DNA of 64,000 nucleotides, taken from contig JAZDJQ010000018.1 in NCBI GenBank assembly GCA_043803765.1, positions 32,001 to 96,000 of the forward strand. Reading direction: 5' to 3'. The position numbers and the translations under genes are program-made. Of the stretch, positions 39,577 through 49,990 are shown piece after piece. The notes beneath the pieces are model-generated. The model was not told the DNA's origin and did no database searches. It was given only the letters and a program-made list of their open reading frames with translations. The stretch is from Candidatus Iainarchaeum sp. (GTDB lineage: Archaea; Iainarchaeota; Iainarchaeia; Iainarchaeales; VGJJ01). Position 1 is the first letter of the stretch. Each line of letters starts with the position of its first letter.

Positions 39577-41217
39577 ATGTCCGACAACAAGATGAATCGA
39601 CAACTAATGTTTTTACCCGAAGGAAGCCGAAGGGTATTAGGAAGAGACGCTCAACGAATTAACATTCTCATCGCCAAAGCAGTAGCAAACGCAGTAAAAT
39701 CAACACTTGGACCAAAAGGAATGGACAAGATGCTCGTAGACGATCTAGGCGATGTCACCATCTCCAATGACGGAGCCACCATTCTAAGCGAAATGCAAAT
39801 TGACCACCCTGCTGGAAAAATGATTGTAGAAGTAGCCAAAACACAAGACAGTGAAGTAGGAGACGGAACTACAAGTGCAGTAGTATTAGCAGGAGGATTG
39901 CTTGCCAAAGCAGAAAACCTGCTCGACGATGAAATCCACCCTTCCATTATCATTAATGGATATCGACAAGCGGAAAAAAAAGCAAAAGAATTCGCTGCCG
40001 CCATTGCCGACCCGTTATCATTTGATGATACGAAAACGTTAAGGAAAATAGCATTAACTGCCATGACAGGAAAATCGGCTGAAGCCGAAACCCGATTAGC
40101 CGACCTTGTGGTCGATGCGATTCAAACAGTAGCAGAAAAAGAAGACACGCAATACAAAATAGATTTAGAACATATCAAACTGGAAAAGAAAACAGGAGCC
40201 AGCCTGCACGAATCCGAAATGATTAAAGGAATCGTATTGGACAAAGAAGTCGTTCACTCCGGAATGCCTAAATCAGTGGACAACGCCAAAATTGCACTCA
40301 TTGATGCGGCATTGGAAATAAAAGAAACCGAAACCGATGCCAAAATAGAAATAACATCTCCTGACCAATTACAAGCATTCCTAGACCAAGAAGAAGGAAT
40401 GCTCCGAACGATGGTGGAAAACATCCAGAAAAGCGGCGCGAATGTAGTCGTATGCCAAAAAGGAATAGACGATTTAGCCCAACACTTCCTCGCCAAAGCA
40501 GGAATATTAGCCGTACGCCGAGTGAAACAGAGCGATTTGCAAAAACTCGCTAAAAGCACCAATGGAAAAATCGTTTCCCGAATACAAGATATAACAAAAG
40601 AAGACTTAGGTCACGCCAAACTGGTAAGCGAAAAAAGAATCGCAGGAGACCAAATGGTATTCATCGAAGGATGCCGCAACCCCAAAGCAGTCACCATCCT
40701 CATCCGAGGAGGAAGCAATCACGTCGTAGATGAAGCCGAACGCGCCATCCACGACGCATTGGGAGCCGTTACTTCCTCCATTAAAGATGGAAAAGTAGTT
40801 ACGGGCGGAGGAAGCACCGAAATACAAATCGCAATGGACTTACGCGAATTTGCCAAAGACGTTGGGGGAAGAGAACAATTGGCAATCAACGCATTCGCAG
40901 ATGCCATGGAAATCATCCCCAAAACGCTTGCTGAAACAGCAGGAATGGACCCAATTGACACACTGGTAGCATTACGCGCACGCCACAAAGGAAAAGAAGG
41001 AAAATACTTAGGAGTAAATGTCTACGATGCAAAAATTGACGACATGCGAAAATTAAACGTTGTCGAACCATTACGCATTAAGACCCAAGCGATTACGTCC
41101 GCATCCGAAGTCACGCAAATGATATTACGCATCGATGATATCATCGCCGCGTCCTCTTCAGGAAAAGGAATGAGTGGCAAAGGCGGAATGCCCGACATGA
41201 GCGGAATGGAAATGTAA
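39577..41217 (+). CDS. ths: Thermosome (group II chaperonin) subunit
   Basis: [40 protein letters not shown] tail. Confidence 0.97.
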   Translation: MSDNKMNRQLMFLPEGSRRVLGRDAQRINILIAKAVANAVKSTLGPKGMDKMLVDDLGDVTISNDGATILSEMQIDHPAGKMIVEVAKTQDSEVGDGTTSAVVLAGGLLAKAENLLDDEIHPSIIINGYRQAEKKAKEFAAAIADPLSFDDTKTLRKIALTAMTGKSAEAETRLADLVVDAIQTVAEKEDTQYKIDLEHIKLEKKTGASLHESEMIKGIVLDKEVVHSGMPKSVDNAKIALIDAALEIKETETDAKIEITSPDQLQAFLDQEEGMLRTMVENIQKSGANVVVCQKGIDDLAQHFLAKAGILAVRRVKQSDLQKLAKSTNGKIVSRIQDITKEDLGHAKLVSEKRIAGDQMVFIEGCRNPKAVTILIRGGSNHVVDEAERAIHDALGAVTSSIKDGKVVTGGGSTEIQIAMDLREFAKDVGGREQLAINAFADAMEIIPKTLAETAGMDPIDTLVALRARHKGKEGKYLGVNVYDAKIDDMRKLNVVEPLRIKTQAITSASEVTQMILRIDDIIAASSSGKGMSGKGGMPDMSGMEM

Positions 41218-41236
41218 TACATTATCCCAATAAGCA

Positions 41237-41277
41237 GGGTGAGGGGAAAAAAATCCGCTCACCCCCCTTTTCTTTTT
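41237..41277 (+). terminator. Hairpin plus T-tract after thermosome gene
   Basis: GGGTGAG/CTCACCC stem followed by TTTTCTTTTT. Confidence 0.5.
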
Positions 41278-41335
41278 CCCCATTTTTACCCACCTAATAA
41301 AAATCGCCCCCTTGTAAGAATAATACCGTTTACAG

Positions 41336-41428
41336 GGACTCGTGGCTTATTCCCGCCTTTTTCATACGGTGATACCGAGGGAGTATGCAGTAGGTTTTAA
41401 CAAACCCACGATAAATGAATACATGCAG
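41336..41428 (+). repeat. tRNA-5'-linked ~92-bp structured unit (copy upstream of tRNA-Ile)
   Basis: Starts GGACTCGTGGCTTA (tRNA-Ile starts GGACCCGTAGCTCA); stems TATTCCC/GGGAGTA, GCC/GGT, GTAGGTTT-TAAC-AAACCCAC. Confidence 0.75.
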
Positions 41429-41502
41429 GGACCCGTAGCTCAGCCTGGTAGAGCAGCGTTCTTATACAGCGTCCGTCGGAGGTTCAAATCCTCCCGGGTC
41501 CA
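41429..41502 (+). tRNA. tRNA-Ile(TAT)
   Basis: Acceptor GGACCCG/CGGGTCC-A; D stem GCTC/GAGC; anticodon loop CTTATAC; T arm GGAGG-TTCAAAT-CCTCC. Confidence 0.88.
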
Positions 41503-41570
41503 CTTTCAATATTGCCCCGCTGAAAAAAAATTCCCTAATTTTAAGAATCCGCCACTCAATGACCTTCGGG

Positions 41571-41895
41571 ATGTCTTTCGGTGTGCTTGAGACAAATACG
41601 TTCTCAGAATTATTTGAGTATCTTGAACCGAACGAGAAGAAATGGATTCGAAAAATAATAAGACAATTGAAAGAAAACCTAACTGTTGGAAAACCACTAG
41701 GGCCTGAATGGTTTAGAGAAAAGAAATGAAGGAAAAAGACTTTATTTTCTCACGTACCCGAACCGAAATAAATCGTTACTGATTGCTTTTGGCGATAAGA
41801 AAAAACAACAAGAGATCATTGATTTAGTACGTAAAAATATGAATGTGTACCAAAAAATAATCAATGAACCGCTTTCCGAATGCGACCATCCCTAA
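41571..41895 (+). pseudogene. Frameshifted RelE-like toxin (paralog of 6167-6502)
   Basis: MSFGVLETNTF...VGKPLGPEWFREKK* (TGA 41727), continuing in +1 frame EGKRLYFLTYPNRNKSLLIAFGDKKKQQEII...HP*. Confidence 0.75.
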
Positions 41896-42001
41896 TATCA
41901 TCGAAACTCGCCTTCATCTGCTCTAAAACATCCGACAATTCCGATGCCTTCCTTTTAGTCAATGGTGTGCGGCGCTCTACTGCAGTAATGGTACGGGACA
42001 T
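41861..42001 (-). CDS. 46-aa putative antitoxin convergent to frameshifted toxin
   Basis: MSRTITAVERRTPLTKRKASELSDVLEQMKASFDDIRDGRIRKAVH*. Confidence 0.6.
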   Translation of the reverse strand: MSRTITAVERRTPLTKRKASELSDVLEQMKASFDDIRDGRIRKAVH

Positions 42002-42433
42002 ATGGTAGCAGGGGCGCAACTCCTATTTAAAATAATCTTTAAAAAAAGACCGAAAGCCCACCGCCTGTCTGTGCATGAAATCCACCTATTGCCCAATCCA
42101 ACTTTGTATTTAAGTCTCGTGGAATCAACATGCCCCATTCCGTTGCCCATTAATGCTTTCCATTGCCTTACGTTGCGCGTTTTATTTTTCTAAATTAAGG
42201 ATTGATAAATCGTTCATACTAAGCATGATACCGCCCCGCTCTGCGCGGAGACAGGTGATACATCATGGAAAACAATACCAACATGCAAAAGAAAAACCAG
42301 TCCAATCAACCGCAAATGGGAAACGATAAAAAAAGACGCGTGTAAGTAAGAATGGGAAAAAAACGGGGGGACGCAAAAAAAAACGGATGAACCCCGCGAA
42401 ATTGTTTCAAAACAAAAACGTTTTCAATCGCAG

Positions 42434-43282
42434 CTAATCCTTCTCTATTATTTCTTTCAATAACTCATTCACAAAATCCATTGAGGCATCGTTCAATAAA
42501 ACCACATCAAACAAACACTTGAATTTTTCTATCTGCTCATCCACTTTGTCATTTAGAAAACCAATTTTTATAACCACCTCGTGGTCAAACCCGCAGAGCA
42601 TCTCGGCATCACCAAGGGAATCACCCAATAACAATACATTCCCACGGCCACGAGCCGATTTTTCATATGGCGTGCCTCGCACAGCGGTTTCATTCTTGTT
42701 TAGCGAATGAATAATAGGATTAGCATAACCCGTCACACAACCTGATGAATCGTATTGATACTTGTTTGAAATCACATGAACGTTTGGAAAAAACAATCCT
42801 TCCTTCTGAAGAAAACCCTCAATTAAATCCGTCACACCGGCAGAGAGAATGAGAATCGGAACATGATGACGGTTCAACGTAGTAATAAAAAAAGGTAATC
42901 CTTTTCGAAGATTAGAGGGTTGTTCCGCGATCATCTTTTCCATTATACTTCGTGATAGGCCATGTTCTGCTATTACTTTCACGTGGGTGGACCACCATTC
43001 CTGCATTTTTTCTTTACGCTCTTCAAGGGAAAGAGAATAATCCGTCTCAAAAGAATGATAGGTATCAAACAACCCGTATGCTTTTTTCACATACTCATCC
43101 GACAAATAATGATATTTTCTAATCAATTCAATCAAGGAGTTGTGTTTTTCTCCATCCCGAAAGGCACACGTAAGCGTCTTGTCATAATCCGCCACCACAT
43201 GCAATTTTCCCAATCCACCCTCTCTCAATGCCTTTTTCTTTTGCTCAAAAACAAGGGGATTTACCACTACTACCGAATCCAT
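42434..43282 (-). CDS. Pyrimidine 5'-nucleotidase (NT5C3/UMPH-1 type HAD)
   Basis: ADYDKTLT, MQEWW..H, LSAG, ISN, IHSLNK, LLGDSLGDAEM, KIGFLN. Confidence 0.88.
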   Translation of the reverse strand: MDSVVVVNPLVFEQKKKALREGGLGKLHVVADYDKTLTCAFRDGEKHNSLIELIRKYHYLSDEYVKKAYGLFDTYHSFETDYSLSLEERKEKMQEWWSTHVKVIAEHGLSRSIMEKMIAEQPSNLRKGLPFFITTLNRHHVPILILSAGVTDLIEGFLQKEGLFFPNVHVISNKYQYDSSGCVTGYANPIIHSLNKNETAVRGTPYEKSARGRGNVLLLGDSLGDAEMLCGFDHEVVIKIGFLNDKVDEQIEKFKCLFDVVLLNDASMDFVNELLKEIIEKD

Positions 43283-43341
43283 AGAAAGAAGGAGTGGTAG
43301 TCTATCCCTTAAAAACAGTCATCCCTCCCATAATTCATACT

Positions 43342-46200
43342 ATGTATTCCCCAAAAGAAGAAGAGAAATGGATTGCCTTCTGGAAGACGAACCAATTGTT
43401 CGAAAAAAGCGTCAAAAACCGCAGTGAAAAAAAATCCTATATCTTCTATGATGGACCGCCTTTCGCTACCGGATTACCCCACCACGGACACATTTTAGGA
43501 TTAACCATCAAAGATGTTTTTCCACGCTACTACACCATGAAAGGCTTTCGAGTTGAACGAAAATGGGGATGGGACTGCCACGGATTGCCCATTGAAAATA
43601 TTGTGGAAAAAAAACAGGGATTGAAAAACAAACGACAAATCGATGAAATGGGAATTGAAAAATTCAATCACGCATGCCAAAAACAAGTATTGGAATACGC
43701 CCATGAATGGGGAAAAACAGTAGAACGAATGGGAAAATGGATTGAATTCAATGACGCGTACAAAACAATGGACCAATCCTACATGGAAACAGTATGGTGG
43801 ATATTCAAAAAATTATATGAAGAAGGACACATTTATGAAGGAAAAAAAATACTCATGTATTGCCCCCGATGCCAAACACCTCTTGCCAAAGCAGAAATAC
43901 AAATGGACAACTCCTACCGCGACGTAAAAGAACCTGCAGTTACAGTAAAATTCAAAATAAAAGGAGAAAAAAACACCTATTTTCTTGCATGGACTACAAC
44001 TCCTTGGACACTCATAGGAAATGCGGCACTCGCAGTAAATGAAAAACGATCCTACAGCAAAATAAGAGCAGGAAACGAAACCTATATTCTAGGAAAAGAA
44101 CGATTAAGTGAAATAAAAGAAAAATATGAAATAATTGAACATTTCCGAGGAGAAAAAATACTCGGAATGGAATACGAACCGCTCTATCACTTAGACACGA
44201 ACAAAAAAGGACACTACATTGTAGCAGGAGGAGACGGAGTAACAGCCGAAGACGGAACAGGAATTGTACACGTCGCATCCTATGGAGAATTCGATTTCGA
44301 CTTAATCACAAAATACGATTTGCCATTATTTACTCACATAGGAAGAGATGGAACACTCCATGGAGGACATGAAGAATGGAAAGGAATGTGGTTCAAAAAG
44401 GCCGACCCGCTCATTATCCAAGATTTAGAAAAAAGAAAACTCGTATACAAAAAAGAAGAACACACGCACTCCTATCCTTTTTGCTACCGATGCGAAACAC
44501 CCCTGTTCTACAATCCAATCAATTCATGGTTCGTACGAATCCAAAACGTAAAAGAAAAACTCATCCAGTGCAACAAAGAAATAACATGGATTCCGGAAGG
44601 GGAAGGAAAATTAAGATTCATGAACATTTTAGAAACCGCCCCCGATTGGACCATTTCACGCAACCGGTATTGGGCCACGGCAATTCCTGTATGGAAATGC
44701 ACCCATTGCAGGGAAATGAAAATCATGGGAAGCGTGAGAGAATTACAAGAAAACGCAATCGAAAAAGTCCCAAACACGATTGATTTACATCGCCATGTGA
44801 TCGACAACATTCACCTAAAATGCACATGCGGAAAAACAATGCAACGCATTCCCGAAGTCATCGACTGCTGGTTCGAATCAGGAAGCATGCCCTATGCCGC
44901 CAAACATTATCCATTTGAAAACAAGGAATGGTTCACGCACCATTTTCCAAGCGACTTTGTTTCGGAATACGTTGGACAGGTAAGAGCGTGGTTCTATTAC
45001 ATGCACGTATTAGGAGTATTACTTTTCCAAAAAGCACCATTCAAAAATGTAATCGTATCCGGAAACATTCTTGCAAGCGACGGAAGCAAAATGGCCAAGT
45101 CACGAAACAATTACACCGACCCTGCGTTATTATTCGAAAAATATGGTGCGGATTCCCTACGATACTATCTTATGCAATCACCCGTAACACAAGCGGTTGA
45201 CATTAATTTCAAAGACGAAGGAGTGCAAGAAGTTTATCGAAAAATCATCCTCCTCTTAGCGAATACACTATCATTCTATGAAATGTATGCGCAACAAAAT
45301 AACAACGTAACGAATCCCCATTCCCCCCATGTATTAGACCAATGGATTATCGCACGATTACATGAAACAATTAATCATGCAACAAAAGCAATGAATGCAT
45401 ACGACATGATTAACACTACTCGTGTGATAGGAGAATTAATCAGTGACTTGTCCACGTGGTATTTGCGCCGCTCACGCGAACGACTAAAAGGAAACGATGC
45501 GCAAGACAAACAAAACTCCGTGCGAACATTAGGATACGTGCTTCACTCCCTAAGCAAAATCATGGCACCCATCACCCCATTCATTGCGGAAGAAATACAC
45601 CAATCGCTTAGAAAAAATTGTAATGAGTTGAAAGAAAGTGTACACTTAGAAGATTGGCCTGCATCAAATGAAAAAGAAGTTGACATGAATCTCATTCAAA
45701 AAATGGTATTCGTACGCGAAGCAGTAAGCCTAGCACTCGAACAACGGGAAAGAGAAAAAATACCCGTACGACAGCCCCTTGCAAAGGCAACCATTTATGG
45801 AATAGAATTGAACACGGAATCACACCCATGGATAATTGATATTTTCAAAGAAGAAGTGAACGTCAAAAAAGTAGAATTCATCAAAGAACCTAAAAACGGT
45901 CAAAAAATGGCCGAACTCGACACACGCATAACGGGGGAACTGCTCGCCGAAGGAGCCGCACGGGAATTCACACGCGTTGTACAGGATTTACGAAAAAATG
46001 CCAAACTCAACCCGGAAGACGAAGTACAAGTATTCATCCAAACAGAAAAAACACTGGAAAAAATGCTCACCCCCCACCTAACCGAAATAAAAGAAAAAGT
46101 GCGGGCCAACAACATTACATTCGCCCAGCCCAAAAGTCAAACAAAAAAAGACACTTCAATCAAAATAAAAGAAAACGATGCACACGTGTGGATTGTGTGA
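43342..46200 (+). CDS. ileS: Isoleucyl-tRNA synthetase (IleRS2/archaeal-eukaryal type)
   Basis: DGPPFATGLPHHGH, WDCHGLP, WTTTPWT, DWTISRNRYW, DCWFESGSMP, KMAKS. Confidence 0.96.
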   Translation: MYSPKEEEKWIAFWKTNQLFEKSVKNRSEKKSYIFYDGPPFATGLPHHGHILGLTIKDVFPRYYTMKGFRVERKWGWDCHGLPIENIVEKKQGLKNKRQIDEMGIEKFNHACQKQVLEYAHEWGKTVERMGKWIEFNDAYKTMDQSYMETVWWIFKKLYEEGHIYEGKKILMYCPRCQTPLAKAEIQMDNSYRDVKEPAVTVKFKIKGEKNTYFLAWTTTPWTLIGNAALAVNEKRSYSKIRAGNETYILGKERLSEIKEKYEIIEHFRGEKILGMEYEPLYHLDTNKKGHYIVAGGDGVTAEDGTGIVHVASYGEFDFDLITKYDLPLFTHIGRDGTLHGGHEEWKGMWFKKADPLIIQDLEKRKLVYKKEEHTHSYPFCYRCETPLFYNPINSWFVRIQNVKEKLIQCNKEITWIPEGEGKLRFMNILETAPDWTISRNRYWATAIPVWKCTHCREMKIMGSVRELQENAIEKVPNTIDLHRHVIDNIHLKCTCGKTMQRIPEVIDCWFESGSMPYAAKHYPFENKEWFTHHFPSDFVSEYVGQVRAWFYYMHVLGVLLFQKAPFKNVIVSGNILASDGSKMAKSRNNYTDPALLFEKYGADSLRYYLMQSPVTQAVDINFKDEGVQEVYRKIILLLANTLSFYEMYAQQNNNVTNPHSPHVLDQWIIARLHETINHATKAMNAYDMINTTRVIGELISDLSTWYLRRSRERLKGNDAQDKQNSVRTLGYVLHSLSKIMAPITPFIAEEIHQSLRKNCNELKESVHLEDWPASNEKEVDMNLIQKMVFVREAVSLALEQREREKIPVRQPLAKATIYGIELNTESHPWIIDIFKEEVNVKKVEFIKEPKNGQKMAELDTRITGELLAEGAAREFTRVVQDLRKNAKLNPEDEVQVFIQTEKTLEKMLTPHLTEIKEKVRANNITFAQPKSQTKKDTSIKIKENDAHVWIV

Positions 46201-46386
46201 TACCAATCATTCCAACTATCCTATTCCACTACCCTATTGCATTCAATATTTCAAAACCATTATCAAAAATATGTAAAAAAAAGGGAAAAATGATTAAATA
46301 GCAAAATCAGCATTTTGTGGAAAAAAAGGATAAAAATACTCAAAAATAAGATAAGCATTAAATACAACAAAAAAGAAAGACCAAAC

Positions 46387-46944
46387 ATGCCATACATCCC
46401 AAACAGAAAAGCAATCCGAAGACAACTAGAAAGACTCAGAGCAAAAGGAATCAAACAATCAACCGAACGAAAAGAAATACTACGAGAAAGAATAAAACAA
46501 GCGTGGAAAGAACGATATGGAGACTTAGAAAAATACTTTGAAAGAGAAGGAATAGACCCATCCAGCAAACTCGCACAAAACATCAAAAGACTAAAAGACC
46601 AAGAACCAAACGTACGAAAGAACGCAGCATGGGAACTCGGAGAAATAAAAGACAAAAGAGCAACACCCTACCTGATAAAAGGACTAGAAGACACAGACCC
46701 AGGCGTACGAGGGGTAGCAGCATGGGCAATCAAACAAATACTCGTCAACGAAAACCAAGCACTCAAAAAAATAAACCAACAACTAGAACGAGAACTACCC
46801 AATCAAGAAAAAAAACAAGCAATACTATTACTATACTTCAGCAGACAAGGAAGACTTCCAACCGAAAAAGAAATACACCAATACACAAAAAAAGCAAAAC
46901 GATCAACAATAAAAAGAATAATGAGAATGCTAGGAATAAACTGA
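46387..46944 (+). CDS. HEAT-repeat (PBS-lyase-like) orphan, extremely A-rich
   Basis: LKDQEPNVRKNAAWELGEI / LEDTDPGVRGVAAWAI. Confidence 0.75.
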   Translation: MPYIPNRKAIRRQLERLRAKGIKQSTERKEILRERIKQAWKERYGDLEKYFEREGIDPSSKLAQNIKRLKDQEPNVRKNAAWELGEIKDKRATPYLIKGLEDTDPGVRGVAAWAIKQILVNENQALKKINQQLERELPNQEKKQAILLLYFSRQGRLPTEKEIHQYTKKAKRSTIKRIMRMLGIN

Positions 46945-47184
46945 ACGTCTTTACCCAAAAACGTTAAACGCCTGCAAGGCAATAAACACAATACACACTA
47001 CTACGGCAACACCCAACACCATTTCGGGGGTTAATTTAGGCCCCCCTTGATCGGTATCAAAAAAACGCTGCACCCCAATCGCGGAACTGGGACCTGCCGC
47101 TTGCGGCTTGTTTTGAGTAAATTTGACCATACTTTCAATTGGACAGCCTTACCCTTATAAATCCGCGCGACGCTCAACAAAACT

Positions 47185-48150
47185 ATGACCCAAATAGAAA
47201 TGCGACCCATTCTCAAGGACACCTACCACATCGTGATCGCGATTGTAATGGTACTTCTCATATTAGGATTAGCCACATGGTCAGGAATCATTCAGTGCCG
47301 GGATATTCCCGGATGGTGCGACGTATACTACACCATAAAAGGACCACCCAAAACACTCATTGTTTTTGGAAATGAAGGATTAGGAGATCCGGACTTGCTT
47401 GCAAGCGCATTACGCGAACCGAATCACGCGGCCGCCACCAACATCTCAAGACAGGATATTGATTTTGTTTCAGCAGGAAACCTAAAACAATTTGACTTAG
47501 TCATTGTTACACGAGCAAGGCAGATATCCACAAGCAAATTAGAAGCATTCATGGAATACGTGGACGCGGGAGGAAGATTAGTATGGACAGGAGACGCAGG
47601 AACGGTATTAGGAGAGAAAGACGAATTTTTGTATTTGGATGACATTGACACAAACAATTCTTTTCTAAACAACAAAATAATCGAAAAGCCTGAAAACATG
47701 CCCCAACATGAATTAATTTCTCCATGGGCAAGAAAAATTACGAGTGAAAAAAGAATCATACGATTTGACCACTATTTGTCCGTGCAATACGAAGGCAACT
47801 GGTGCCAAATACGAGACTGTGAGATTTCACAACAAGTAGGAACGCTTGTTCCTGAATCAGGGGCAGACCACAAACTTATTTACGGAATCAAACAAAACCT
47901 TCAATTATACGGGGACTTTGCCTTAACACAAGATATTGGAATCGGAAGCACGCGAGTGTTAAGCGTGGACACGGAAAGCAACGTGATAGGATTAGACAAA
48001 AAGGAATTAGGAAGAATATTCCCCATCATCGTAACCAGCGGGATAGGAGAACGAATCACCTACTATGCGGTTCCCCCCGAATACTTCATCCAAGAACCGA
48101 TGCAGTATTGGCTATTCATTGAAAACCTATACGATGGGATGCTCCGCTAA
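47185..48150 (+). CDS. Membrane-anchored protein with GATase1-like (flavodoxin) fold
   Basis: N-terminal TM; LKQFDLVIV...EYVDAGGRLVW. Confidence 0.65.
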   Translation: MTQIEMRPILKDTYHIVIAIVMVLLILGLATWSGIIQCRDIPGWCDVYYTIKGPPKTLIVFGNEGLGDPDLLASALREPNHAAATNISRQDIDFVSAGNLKQFDLVIVTRARQISTSKLEAFMEYVDAGGRLVWTGDAGTVLGEKDEFLYLDDIDTNNSFLNNKIIEKPENMPQHELISPWARKITSEKRIIRFDHYLSVQYEGNWCQIRDCEISQQVGTLVPESGADHKLIYGIKQNLQLYGDFALTQDIGIGSTRVLSVDTESNVIGLDKKELGRIFPIIVTSGIGERITYYAVPPEYFIQEPMQYWLFIENLYDGMLR

Positions 48151-48263
48151 TAGTTGCTCAAAAAGGGAATCCAATGGCACAAAACCCCATTCCTTATAAA
48201 CCCCGGAAAACCTTTGAATTGCTATAAGACAACCCCAGTAATTGCGGGTAGGGGACGATAACT

Positions 48264-49118
48264 ATGGCGTACGACGATCAGGCCGGCGGGGATTTACCAC
48301 CATTGGCAGACCACGCGGGTGGAATGCACTTCAACATGGAGGCATTGATTCCAATCATCCTTATCGTGGTTATTGGATTTTTACTTTTAGCACGATTAGG
48401 AGTAGTGGATTCTTCCACTCCACTTGTGGGGCCGATTGTCAGCATCATTTCCCCCAATGCTACTGCTCGTGTACTTGTAATTGGAGCGCCGTCCATTGAA
48501 TTAATGACCGTGTTACAGGCCAACAAGGACATGGTTGGAAATCCTATCATTAAAGCGGCGGAAGCATTCTCACGCAATCCTGAAAATCAGCTAACACAAT
48601 ATGACATTGTGATACTGGACCAAACCGGACAAATATCAAAAGAAATCCCACGACAACTAGGAGACGCATTGCAAGGATATGTGAAGACGGGAGGAAAATT
48701 AATCATTGTGCAAGATTCTGGAATTGAACGACCCGCAGCACTCGACATTTTAGGATGGAAAGCCAATTTTGGAAGTATTGTCCCCGTGAATTGCGACATC
48801 ATCTTAGACGGACAACCTACCTGCAAGCGACCCATTGTCGTAGTAGGAGTCATCTGGCAGCAAGACTACAAACATCCCATCATGCTGGGAATTGAACGCG
48901 TTCCCGCCCAAGCAGAAGCAGGATATTTGGGATTAACCGTATTTGATGTAGGAGTAACAGGAAATGAAATCGCCTACATTGAAGACGCACGAACGGGAAA
49001 AAACTTTCCTGCAATAGTTGAACACGCTCAACTCGGCGGAGGAAAAGTCATCTACTTCAACTACAACCCGGGGATTACCGCAGGAATACTGGAAAACACA
49101 ATCAAGTACCTAAAATAA
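48264..49118 (+). CDS. Membrane-anchored GATase1-like protein, paralog of upstream gene
   Basis: N-terminal TM; LTQYDIVIL...YVKTGGKLI, HPIMLGI, P.IV...GGGKVIYF. Confidence 0.65.
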   Translation: MAYDDQAGGDLPPLADHAGGMHFNMEALIPIILIVVIGFLLLARLGVVDSSTPLVGPIVSIISPNATARVLVIGAPSIELMTVLQANKDMVGNPIIKAAEAFSRNPENQLTQYDIVILDQTGQISKEIPRQLGDALQGYVKTGGKLIIVQDSGIERPAALDILGWKANFGSIVPVNCDIILDGQPTCKRPIVVVGVIWQQDYKHPIMLGIERVPAQAEAGYLGLTVFDVGVTGNEIAYIEDARTGKNFPAIVEHAQLGGGKVIYFNYNPGITAGILENTIKYLK

Positions 49119-49166
49119 AATATACTCTTTCAACGGCCCAATTGAATAATGGGCTATTTTTACTTT

Positions 49167-49841
49167 TTATCTTCTCAACGGAGGCAACCCTAACGCGTCC
49201 CGAACGCGCTGTTTTTTCCTGCCAAGATCAACAAAATGGCTACCCCCACTTTGCTTACCAAAAAAACGGGAATAGAGAGGACCGTATATTTTGGGACTAT
49301 CCAAAAAGAGACGCACATTCATTCCCCCTCGAATAACAACCCGATTTCGGTACAAGAATTCACACAAGAGAAACTCGGCAGGATGACAACCCAGTTGGCG
49401 GGACCACTCCTTATTTTCTCGTGTTTCTATTTCTTTGATCCGGTTCCACACCGAATGATTATCCAGAACACGGGCTAATCGTACCGCTACTTGCCGAGCA
49501 GGGGTAGAATACTCCCGCTGGATGAAAGCAATGTCCAACGTGGCCTTTCCCTCTTTGTTATGCCCCTCTTTAGCATTCAGCACAAACCGCAAATGGTCAT
49601 GGGAATCATACAAGGCATACGTCCGACCGCTAATAGGAAACAGGTCATAGGTATTCCATTTGGTTAATACGCGCAATTCAAAAGAACCGGGTTGCGCTTT
49701 TTTCCTAAACAGGGGAAGAGGGCCCGGCTGGTAGAATGGTAAGGGAACATTGTACCGAGACCTTATTTTCCACCAAGACCATTTCCTTCTCGATGCCCAC
49801 AGCGCCTTTCCCACGCGCACAAAGGATTTTACCCGACCCAT
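49167..49841 (-). CDS. Basic orphan protein
   Basis: 224-aa ORF, Arg/Lys-rich N-terminus. Confidence 0.6.
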   Translation of the reverse strand: MGRVKSFVRVGKALWASRRKWSWWKIRSRYNVPLPFYQPGPLPLFRKKAQPGSFELRVLTKWNTYDLFPISGRTYALYDSHDHLRFVLNAKEGHNKEGKATLDIAFIQREYSTPARQVAVRLARVLDNHSVWNRIKEIETRENKEWSRQLGCHPAEFLLCEFLYRNRVVIRGGMNVRLFLDSPKIYGPLYSRFFGKQSGGSHFVDLGRKKQRVRDALGLPPLRR

Positions 49842-49945
49842 ACGAAAAACCGCATCAAGTGATTAAATAAAAGAATGCTCTCAACAGGAGTTCAGAATCC
49901 AAAGTTTTAACCCCTTTCAGTGCAAAGCCCCCCAACCCGAAATCC

Positions 49946-49990
49946 TTATATAGTCATGACGACATCATGACGACGCATGACGACTCATGA
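49946..49990 (+). promoter_or_regulatory. TATA box followed by four CATGA(CGAC) repeats (putative operator)
   Basis: CTTATATA then TCATGACGAC-A-TCATGACGAC-G-CATGACGAC-TCATGA spanning the start codon. Confidence 0.6.

Noticed and set aside
42020-42420. Gene remnant between the TA pair and the nucleotidase
   Set aside because: Only short broken frames and nothing recognisable
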